From Schaalia meyeri (GTDB lineage Bacteria; Actinomycetota; Actinomycetes; Actinomycetales; Actinomycetaceae), in assembly GCF_900105015.1 (NCBI RefSeq), contig NZ_FNLK01000015.1, positions 60,001 to 92,000 on the forward strand: a stretch of DNA of 32,000 nucleotides, read 5' to 3'. A program made the position numbers and the translations under genes. The first letter of the stretch is position 1; each line of letters opens with the position of its first letter. This document shows, piece after piece, positions 16,526 to 23,023 of this stretch. The notes below the pieces were generated by a model. It was not told the origin of the DNA and searched no databases. It saw only the letters and a list, made by a program, of their open reading frames with translations.

Positions 16526-16825
16526 ATGAGCACCGCGAAGACACGGCGCTTGGACCTGCGCCTGACCGAAACGCAGGACACCCTCATTCGCCGCGCAGCA
16601 GAACAGGAAGCTCGCAGCGTCAGCGATTTCGTCCTGTCCGCAGCTGCATTGGAAGCGCAGCGACGCCTGACCGACCAACGCGTATTTGTCTTGAACGACG
16701 AGCAGTACGCGCACTTTGAAGCAATCCTCCAGGCCCCGCTCAAGGACGATCCAAAACTGCGCAAGCTCTTCGAGCGCCCCTCACCCTTTGGCACCCACAT
16801 CGATACGAGCCCCGCGCGCCCCTGA
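16526..16825 (+). CDS. DUF1778 (TacA-like, RHH) antitoxin
   Basis: MSTAKTRRLDLRLTETQDTLIRRAAEQEARSVSDFVLSAAALEAQRRL...VFVLNDEQYAHFEAIL. Located 6 nt upstream of the GNAT toxin gene. Confidence 0.85.
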   Translation: MSTAKTRRLDLRLTETQDTLIRRAAEQEARSVSDFVLSAAALEAQRRLTDQRVFVLNDEQYAHFEAILQAPLKDDPKLRKLFERPSPFGTHIDTSPARP

Positions 16826-16831
16826 TCACTG

Positions 16832-17350
16832 ATGCACGTATCAGTCCTACAGGAGCCACGCCCCCTCGCCCACGGGGATGACCGCGCGCGTTTCCAATCG
16901 GGGAACGACGAGATTGATGACTGGTTCCACCGCTACGCTTGGCAGAACCAACAAGCGCGGAACGGGCGCGTATTCGTCACGGTACAGGAGCCTGAGACGG
17001 TCGGGTTCTACGCTCTCGCCATGGGTTCTGTGGAGCGCGGCAGGCTCCCGGCTCAACTAAAGCCGCAGCGCCGTCCAGATCCCTGCCCTTGCCTCTTGCT
17101 TGCCCGTCTGGCCGTCGACCGGCGAGCACAGGGGCGAGGCATCGGCGCGGCGCTGCTGAAAGATGCCCTATTGCGGGCCTACGTCCTCAGCCGTGAAGTC
17201 GGATTTGCAGCACTGTTGGTCCACTGCGCGGACCAACAGGCGCGCGACTTCTACCTCAGCCAGTCGTCGCAATTCGTTCCCTGCCCGGGGGCGGACAACC
17301 ATCTGATGCTGCCGCTTGGCGCGATCAAACGCTACGTCGAACACGTATGA
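16832..17350 (+). CDS. GNAT-family acetyltransferase toxin (TacT/AtaT-like)
   Basis: F.SGNDEIDDWFHRYAWQN..., VGFYALAMGSV, LLLARLAVDRRAQGRGIGAALLKDAL, and ALLVHCADQQARDFY. Canonical pairing with DUF1778. Confidence 0.85.
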   Translation: MHVSVLQEPRPLAHGDDRARFQSGNDEIDDWFHRYAWQNQQARNGRVFVTVQEPETVGFYALAMGSVERGRLPAQLKPQRRPDPCPCLLLARLAVDRRAQGRGIGAALLKDALLRAYVLSREVGFAALLVHCADQQARDFYLSQSSQFVPCPGADNHLMLPLGAIKRYVEHV

Positions 17351-17395
17351 CGGGCTCGGCGCGCCAAGGCAACGCTGCACACACCCGCAGCAAGG

Positions 17396-17427
17396 TGTGG
17401 GGCCGGGATCGTAGCGATCCCGGCCCC
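17396..17427. terminator. Hairpin copy B (TGTGGGGCCGGGATCGTAGCGATCCCGGCCCC); bidirectional terminator position between convergent genes
   Basis: Perfect 12-bp stem GGGGCCGGGATC / GATCCCGGCCCC. Lies between the toxin stop (17350) and the lipoprotein stop (17450). Confidence 0.6.
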
Positions 17428-17449
17428 CTTCAGGGTGTCGGCGACGGTC

Positions 17450-17851
17450 TCAGTTAGCGCCCGGGGTGATGGTTACCGGGAATTCAGTGCTGACCCCATC
17501 GGGATCGGTCAGGGTCACCGTCACGGCATCCTCGTCCTCCCCCAGTGCGCGCAGCGGATGCAGGGTGACGACGTTCTTCTCGGACTTGCCGACCTCGAGG
17601 GCGGTCGGATCAGAGACCTCAATCGTCCACTTCACGGCCTTTTCTAAGTCGGCCAGCTTGACCTTCAGGTCGCGCTTCTCAGGGACCTTGATGCCCCTGT
17701 CGTCGATCTGCGCGATGGGACGCTCGACTGTCTTGACGTCCTTCGGCGTCACGTAGGAGTGAGCGGGATCAGAATCGGTGGCGCAGCCGGTCAGGGCGGT
17801 GAGCCCCAGGCCGAGCGCCAGCACCGCGGTGAGGATAGAACGCTTGTTCAT
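17450..17851 (-). CDS. Small lipoprotein (133 aa), function unknown
   Basis: MNKRSILTAVLALGLGLTALTGC lipobox; ATG at 17851. The track ORF extends further upstream without support. Confidence 0.7.
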   Translation of the reverse strand: MNKRSILTAVLALGLGLTALTGCATDSDPAHSYVTPKDVKTVERPIAQIDDRGIKVPEKRDLKVKLADLEKAVKWTIEVSDPTALEVGKSEKNVVTLHPLRALGEDEDAVTVTLTDPDGVSTEFPVTITPGAN

Positions 17852-17927
17852 GGGCACAATAGTAAGTCGAAGCTCACACGCACGCGTTACAACGCGCGAT
17901 TTTGGAACGATGTCACAACCCGGCCCG

Positions 17928-18860
17928 TCACACGGACCAGACCAGCGCCCCCGTGTCCACGTCGCCCCAGAATCCGCCGACATGGCGCGCCCATTCCTCG
18001 GGGTACTGCATCTGCGGGCTGTGTCCCCCGCCCCGGATCACGCTCTCCCGCGCCCCCAGGTCCCAGGCCTCGGCCGCATACCACGACGGAGGCCACGTCT
18101 GGTCCCGGTCTCCGTAGACGACGTGCACGGGCACGCCGGTAGCCGCAAGCGCCGCAGTGTCGGGCCGCAGCTGCACGAGGATGCGAGCAATCCCCACCAG
18201 ATTTTCCGAGGAGGTCGCCAGGGCACGCACGCGCTGGAACTCCGCCCACCCCACCGTGGGTTCGGCGAGGTTCATGTCCGGGAAGTAGGCGCGCAGCACG
18301 CGCTCGCGGGCCCCCTCGCCCACGGGCAGCGGGTCCAGGATCGGCAGGGTGTGCATCCACTCGTAAGCGGCCCGCCCGGAACAAAACAGGGTGAGCGACG
18401 CGAACAGCTCCGGGCGCGCCACGACGGCCGCGCGCGCGACGATCCCGCCGAAGGAGTGGCCCACGAGGTGCACGCGCCCCGTCTTCCCGGCCCATGCCTC
18501 GGCAATCGAGACGAGGTCGCCGACGAAGTCGCTCATCCCGTACGCGCCGAGGCCAGGGGGAGCTGCGGACCCACCCTGGCCGCGCTGCGAGTACGCCAGG
18601 ACGTCCCAGCCGGCACCGCCCAGGAAGGGCAGGACGGGGGCGTAGTCCTCCTTGGACCCGGTGTATCCGGGGACGAGGAGCACCCTGTTCGCGCCGATTT
18701 GACAGGCGCGGGGCGACGAGGCCGCGCACACCCCATCGACGAGGGAGGACGCGCTCGGCCCGGCGAGCAGGCCGCTGAGCTCGCCCGCGGGCGAGGGCAC
18801 GGCCACGGGCACCGCCGCCGAGGGCAACGCGAAAGGTCCGAAAGCCTCGATTCTTTTCAC
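17928..18860 (-). CDS. Alpha/beta-fold hydrolase
   Basis: VLLVPGYTGSKEDY, nucleophile elbow LVGHSFGG, and C-terminal GGGHSPQ. Start probably GTG 18860 (VKRIEAFG...); the longest ORF starts at 18899. Confidence 0.85.
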   Translation of the reverse strand: MKRIEAFGPFALPSAAVPVAVPSPAGELSGLLAGPSASSLVDGVCAASSPRACQIGANRVLLVPGYTGSKEDYAPVLPFLGGAGWDVLAYSQRGQGGSAAPPGLGAYGMSDFVGDLVSIAEAWAGKTGRVHLVGHSFGGIVARAAVVARPELFASLTLFCSGRAAYEWMHTLPILDPLPVGEGARERVLRAYFPDMNLAEPTVGWAEFQRVRALATSSENLVGIARILVQLRPDTAALAATGVPVHVVYGDRDQTWPPSWYAAEAWDLGARESVIRGGGHSPQMQYPEEWARHVGGFWGDVDTGALVWSV

Positions 18861-18882
18861 GTGACAATCGTAGAATGAACAC

Positions 18883-19632
18883 ATGACGAACGACACCATT
18901 GCGCTTCAGCTCGCCCACCGCACGATCCGCGCCTACAAGGAGCAGCCCCTCACCGACGCCGAGGTCACCACCCTCATGGACGTGGCCCGCCACACGGCTA
19001 CGGCCTCCTACCTGCAGGCGTGCACGATTCTGCACATCACCGACCCGCAGATCCGCGAAAAGATCGCGGCGGCTTCCGGCCAACCCTACGTGGGTGGAAC
19101 CGCCGGCGACCTGTTCATTTTCCTGGTCGACATGTACCGAAACAGCCGTATCCGCGCCGAGCAGGGAGTCTCCTCGGAGGCCCTGTCTTCGATGAATCTG
19201 TTCCTCGCGGCGGCGGAGGATGCGCTGCTGTCCGCCCAGAACGTGGTGGTGGCCGCCGAGTCCATGGGCCTGGGGACCGTCTACCTGGGTTCCATCCTGG
19301 CGGATCCGCGCGGAGTCGTCGAGGCGCTAAATCTGCCGCCCCTGACGTTCCCGATCCTCGGCATGATCGTCGGGCACCCCGACCAGGAGCCGGGCATGAA
19401 GCCTCGCCTGCCGCTGTCGGTCATGACTGGCCAGAACACGTATCCGCACGTCGAGTCCTACACGGAGCTGCTGGCCGACTACGACCGCGAGGTCACCGAG
19501 TACTACGACCTGCGCAGCGGTTCGCGCCTGGAATCCTTCACGCACCTGGTGGGTACCGCCATCGGGGTGGGTGGCGCGCACGTGTCCCCCATCCTTGAGG
19601 TCCTGCACGAACAGGGGCTGTGCCTGCGCTGA
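18883..19632 (+). CDS. NfsA-like oxygen-insensitive NAD(P)H nitroreductase
   Basis: HRTIRAYKEQPLTD...ARHTATASYLQACTILHITD...VVAAESMGLGTVYLGSI...; length 249 aa. Confidence 0.85.
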   Translation: MTNDTIALQLAHRTIRAYKEQPLTDAEVTTLMDVARHTATASYLQACTILHITDPQIREKIAAASGQPYVGGTAGDLFIFLVDMYRNSRIRAEQGVSSEALSSMNLFLAAAEDALLSAQNVVVAAESMGLGTVYLGSILADPRGVVEALNLPPLTFPILGMIVGHPDQEPGMKPRLPLSVMTGQNTYPHVESYTELLADYDREVTEYYDLRSGSRLESFTHLVGTAIGVGGAHVSPILEVLHEQGLCLR

Positions 19633-19719
19633 CTCCCCTCTCGTGACGAGGCCGGCCGCCTCCGCTCATCCGAGAGTGGAGGACCGCCGCCCTCGGGTGA
19701 GCGCCCGTACAATTGGGGC

Positions 19720-20376
19720 ATGGCTGAGCTTGGTTTCTCCACGTACGTGTTCATCGAACGTATCGCCACCAACGCGGCCGCGCTGCACCCGTTCCCCGAG
19801 CACAACGTTGCCCTCGTGCGTGACGCGCTCGCCGACGCGGGATTCAGCATTTCCCTCCTGGGGCCGGACGCGCCGACGATCGGCGAGGGCGTGTACTTTC
19901 AGCCAGAACCCTTCGGCGACGAGGTCATGGGTCTGCTCGCGGACGCCCTGACCCTGCGCGGTATCGGCGCCTACGCGTATGCGCTGGTCGATTCGTCGAT
20001 GGGTGGAGAGCTGGCCGACATCGCCCTGTTCACGCGGGTCGGCGACGTGTTCCCGCGCTGCGGGCGTCGCATCCTCATGACGCGCATGTACATTCACCGC
20101 ACCCCCACGGGGGCGGGCAACAAGGCCGTGACCTGGGTCTTCGGGGCGCCCGCGGACCTGGAGGAGGCCAACGCGCTGTTGTCTCAGCACTTCGACACCG
20201 AACCGGTGCCGGATCCGCGGGGCATGGCGGCGATCGAGATCCGCCACCCGGAGTTCGCCGCCGGGACCGCCGAGCCGATGGTGCTCCTGGACGATATCTT
20301 CCAGGTCCTGGGCGCCGCCGGCTTCCAGGGCGTCACGATGTGCAACGCCCCGGGCGCTCAGCCTCCGCCGAGCTGA
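19720..20376 (+). CDS. Hypothetical cytoplasmic protein (218 aa); its last 111 nt lie inside the left 229-bp repeat
   Basis: Single long ORF in the sense frame; no motif recognised. Confidence 0.55.
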   Translation: MAELGFSTYVFIERIATNAAALHPFPEHNVALVRDALADAGFSISLLGPDAPTIGEGVYFQPEPFGDEVMGLLADALTLRGIGAYAYALVDSSMGGELADIALFTRVGDVFPRCGRRILMTRMYIHRTPTGAGNKAVTWVFGAPADLEEANALLSQHFDTEPVPDPRGMAAIEIRHPEFAAGTAEPMVLLDDIFQVLGAAGFQGVTMCNAPGAQPPPS

Positions 20377-20494
20377 CACACGCGACGGCGGCCACCACGC
20401 CAACCATCGCGGTCCGGCGGCAACCCAGCGCCGCCGGGTCAGCGAATCGCCTCCATGACACGCACCGCGTCAAGAACACTCACGTAGGGCAGGG
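20266..20494. repeat. Left copy of a perfect 229-bp direct repeat (partner at 22380-22608)
   Basis: Base-by-base reading shows identity over 229 bp, at an offset of 2114 bp. Divergence on both sides is immediate (ggg|A... vs aca|A... on the left; ...GGG|a vs ...GGG|g on the right). Confidence 0.95.
20439..20494 (-). pseudogene. Orphan 3'-terminal fragment of the response-regulator gene (duplicate of 22553-22608)
   Basis: Encodes ...PYVSVLDAVRVMEAIR-stop, identical to the end of the intact gene, with no upstream part. Confidence 0.8.
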
Positions 20495-20539
20495 AGCAAC
20501 GTCGATCAAAACATATCCCCCATGCCCTGATGATGATCA

Positions 20540-21163
20540 TTAGCCTAACTCCCCGCCGATAAATCGATCATGCAACTCGCCAAGACGTTGAACAGCTCGT
20601 TTGAGACTGTCAGACCGCTGTGCCGCTCGCCGAGCGTCCCACTCCTCGTCAATAAACCGTCTGATAAGTATGTGATAGCGGCTCCCGAATCTGTACTTCC
20701 CTGAGTGCTTGCTGGGTTCTCGCGCAAAGTCTTGCGCATTGCTCTTTCCGAGCCAATATACACAGCGCAGCATCCGCTCCTTGGCGTCCACCCCATTCGG
20801 GGACTCCACCTTCGCGAGAGGCATGTTAAAGAAGCGTGAGAAAGCCTGGTCATCCGCAAGAATCCAGCTCTCGATCTCGTTGTCACAAACACGCAGGAGA
20901 ACACTCTCCACGCTTCCCCCAGGAAGGAGTGAACGCCTAACCTCGACTGGACAATGACCGTCAGCATCAATAATAAAGATCCTTGGAACTGGCGAGGATT
21001 TAACGGCCTGTTTTCTCAGTATCTTCCCCACTTCACGGAACCCACCCTTGGCAAACACCATAAACTCATCACTGCCCCACCCCGCTGCCTTCATCACGGC
21101 AGAAACCACAGGCACATCAGTCTCTCCCTCGACGTAAACCAAGGCCGACATCCGATGACTCAT
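20540..21163 (-). CDS. Small TOPRIM-like protein (DUF4276/DUF4435-like), putative nuclease effector
   Basis: N-terminal LVYVEGETD (Glu12), IFIIDADG (Asp66/Asp68), and CDNEIESWILADD. 207 aa. ATGA overlap with the upstream ATPase gene. Family assignment is from motif memory, not from a search. Confidence 0.65.
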   Translation of the reverse strand: MSHRMSALVYVEGETDVPVVSAVMKAAGWGSDEFMVFAKGGFREVGKILRKQAVKSSPVPRIFIIDADGHCPVEVRRSLLPGGSVESVLLRVCDNEIESWILADDQAFSRFFNMPLAKVESPNGVDAKERMLRCVYWLGKSNAQDFAREPSKHSGKYRFGSRYHILIRRFIDEEWDARRAAQRSDSLKRAVQRLGELHDRFIGGELG

Positions 21164-22311
21164 GATCCGAGCCCAAAACTAGGCGTACCCTCCGTGCCCA
21201 AGAGAATACTAATGATCTCTGAGAAAGGGGTGTCTATATCGAGGTAACACGTAACATCTTCACGGTCACTGAGCAGACTTCCCTTCGTTCCGTCCTTTCC
21301 AGGAAGAAGCACCAGCACCTCTTCCGCACCAACCGACTCATCATCCACCACCTCAGTGGCGTGGCTTGACAAGATGGCCTGAACGGCTCCCTTCGCGTTC
21401 TTCCTCGCATCAGCTAAAACAGAAGGAAGCTTAGATACAAGCGCGGAATGCAACGAAAGTTCCGGCTCCTCAAGAAGCAACACACTGGATTTCTCCGCAG
21501 GAGTCGCGACCAGCGTCCACAGCAGCCCCAGTAATCGCAGGGTTCCATCAGAAAACTGCGTCTCATTTTGCCACGCCGCATGCGGCCTCCAATTCTTGTA
21601 TGCTGCTTCCAAATGCGGCACGCCCATAGAATCTTTTTCCAGCCTCAGCTTCTCGAACTCCGGAATCGCCCGTTGAAGGGCAGCCTGCACGCGCTTCAGC
21701 CTAGCATCCTGCGTTCTCTTAGGCGTTTCGCTAATTTGCCGAATAAAATCGGAACCGTATGGGTCCGCGGCTTTGATCTCATTGCCCGTCAGTCCCCGAA
21801 TTACTTGCGGAACGGGATGAAAGTACCTGGTCTGCGCAAAGAAATCAGCAATCTTGCGAAACTCTTTGTTCGTTACTTTCTGCTCCAAATACGTCTGCGT
21901 GAGCAGCTCCGTATCTTCCTTATCCCCCTTTGTCGGGCGCTTTAGCACCCGCTTCCCATTAAACTCAACCCTCTCTTCCTCAACCAGCACCCTCCGATGT
22001 CCGGACCCCTCCTGGCGAATGACCAACACATACCGCCATTCATCGTCCCCGTCCCGCATTTTTACATCAATGCTCGGAGAAGGGTGCTGCCGACTAAACA
22101 GGCTGCGTACCTTCTTTAGCCCTCCACGCTGTTCCACGGCCTGGGCCATTCCGCCGCCTGGCGCGACGATGTCCCCAAGAAAACGAAAGACGTCAAGAAG
22201 GTTCGATTTACCGGCAGCATTCGGCCCCACGATAAAGAGCCTATGGCCTACATCGAAGCTCAGATCCCGAAAGTTCTTCCAGTTCTTAATACGCACATGT
22301 GAAAACTCCAT
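21160..22311 (-). CDS. ABC/OLD-type (AAA_15/AAA_21-like) ATPase, 383 aa
   Basis: VRIKNWKNFRD...FIVGPNAAGKSNLLD (Walker A, 22204-22227), a long helical insert, the signature-like QFSDGTLRLLGLL, Walker B SVLLLEEPELSLH, and ILSSHATEV. RBS GAGGGTGG lies before ATG 22311. Confidence 0.85.
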   Translation of the reverse strand: MEFSHVRIKNWKNFRDLSFDVGHRLFIVGPNAAGKSNLLDVFRFLGDIVAPGGGMAQAVEQRGGLKKVRSLFSRQHPSPSIDVKMRDGDDEWRYVLVIRQEGSGHRRVLVEEERVEFNGKRVLKRPTKGDKEDTELLTQTYLEQKVTNKEFRKIADFFAQTRYFHPVPQVIRGLTGNEIKAADPYGSDFIRQISETPKRTQDARLKRVQAALQRAIPEFEKLRLEKDSMGVPHLEAAYKNWRPHAAWQNETQFSDGTLRLLGLLWTLVATPAEKSSVLLLEEPELSLHSALVSKLPSVLADARKNAKGAVQAILSSHATEVVDDESVGAEEVLVLLPGKDGTKGSLLSDREDVTCYLDIDTPFSEIISILLGTEGTPSFGLGS

Positions 22312-22379
22312 GCCGCCACCCTCATTGGATCGAATACATACCGTAAATACAATATACCGCCCATCACATCACCCCCACA
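22312..22379 (-). promoter_or_regulatory. AT-rich 5' region of the cassette; presumed own promoter
   Basis: The minus strand reads ...GGTATATTGTATTTACGGTATGTATTCGATCCAATGAGGGTGGCGGCATG, with several TAnnnT candidates. No confident -35. Confidence 0.3.
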
Positions 22380-22490
22380 ACCGCCGAGCCGATGGTGCTC
22401 CTGGACGATATCTTCCAGGTCCTGGGCGCCGCCGGCTTCCAGGGCGTCACGATGTGCAACGCCCCGGGCGCTCAGCCTCCGCCGAGCTGA
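22380..22490 (+). pseudogene. Orphan 3'-terminal fragment (36 codons + stop) of the 19720..20376 gene
   Basis: Encodes ...AEPMVLLDDIFQVLGAAGFQGVTMCNAPGAQPPPS-stop, identical to the end of the intact gene, with no upstream part. Confidence 0.8.
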
Positions 22491-22608
22491 CACACGCGAC
22501 GGCGGCCACCACGCCAACCATCGCGGTCCGGCGGCAACCCAGCGCCGCCGGGTCAGCGAATCGCCTCCATGACACGCACCGCGTCAAGAACACTCACGTA
22601 GGGCAGGG
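22380..22608. repeat. Right copy of the perfect 229-bp direct repeat
   Basis: Identical to 20266-20494. Confidence 0.95.
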
Positions 22609-23023
22609 GATTAACCCCGGCTTCCAGGACGAACTCGGTGAGCTGGTCACGCACCGTCTCGCGCAGCTCGTCGGGGTTCCACGGCTTGGCGATGTAGTAG
22701 TCCAGGCCAGCCTGATTGACCGCCCGAATCGTGTCCGACTGGTCCGCCTGGCCGGTCACCAGCACCGTTCGGGTTGCGCCGAAACGCTCGTCCTTCATGA
22801 GCTCCACCAGAAAGTCCACGCCCGACTTGCCGGGCAGCCGGTGATCGGACAGGACCAGCGCCAGCTCATCCCCGTCCTCGACGATCTCGTCGACGACGGT
22901 CCACGCGTCGTCAACGTCCTCGGCGACCTCAAGCCTGATGTGATCCCAGAACTGTTCGAGATCGCGCTCAAGCGCGTCACGCACGTCTGCTTCGTCCTCA
23001 AGGGACAGGATTGTCAGGGTCAT
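22553..23023 (-). CDS. Single-domain (REC-only, CheY-like) response regulator with short C-terminal extension
   Basis: MTLTILSLEDEADVRD..., acceptor context LALVLSDHRLPG, TVLVTGQAD, and YIAKPW. ATGA overlap with the kinase stop. Confidence 0.9.
   Translation of the reverse strand: MTLTILSLEDEADVRDALERDLEQFWDHIRLEVAEDVDDAWTVVDEIVEDGDELALVLSDHRLPGKSGVDFLVELMKDERFGATRTVLVTGQADQSDTIRAVNQAGLDYYIAKPWNPDELRETVRDQLTEFVLEAGVNPLPYVSVLDAVRVMEAIR

Larger units (their letters stand above)
20495..22379. mobile_element. 1885-bp low-GC insertion between the direct repeats; carries an AT-rich 5' region plus a two-gene ATPase/TOPRIM-like cassette; no integrase, transposase or terminal inverted repeats
   Basis: Sampled lines are ~50% GC, against roughly two-thirds in the flanks. 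It is inserted between the 3' ends of two convergent core genes and duplicates both gene ends. Confidence 0.75.

Noticed and set aside
5311-17427. A possible shared REP-like family among GC-rich hairpins containing GGCCGGGG-type cores (5311-5377, 12377-12412, 16270-16301, 17396-17427).
   Set aside because: Only the 16270 and 17396 copies are truly the same sequence. The others share just a GC-rich core that is expected by chance at this base composition.
20495-22379. Calling the low-GC insertion an IS element, transposon or prophage remnant.
   Set aside because: I found no transposase, integrase or phage genes, no terminal inverted repeats, and no short target-site duplication. The only boundary signature is the 229-bp direct repeat.
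19666-22517. Two ORFs with identical N-termini (19666..20403 - and 22260..22517 -), and identical peptides in 20340..20543 + and 21854..23443 +; these looked like paralogous genes.
   Set aside because: They are shadow frames that run through the two copies of the 229-bp direct repeat. The identity reflects the DNA duplication, not real paralogues.
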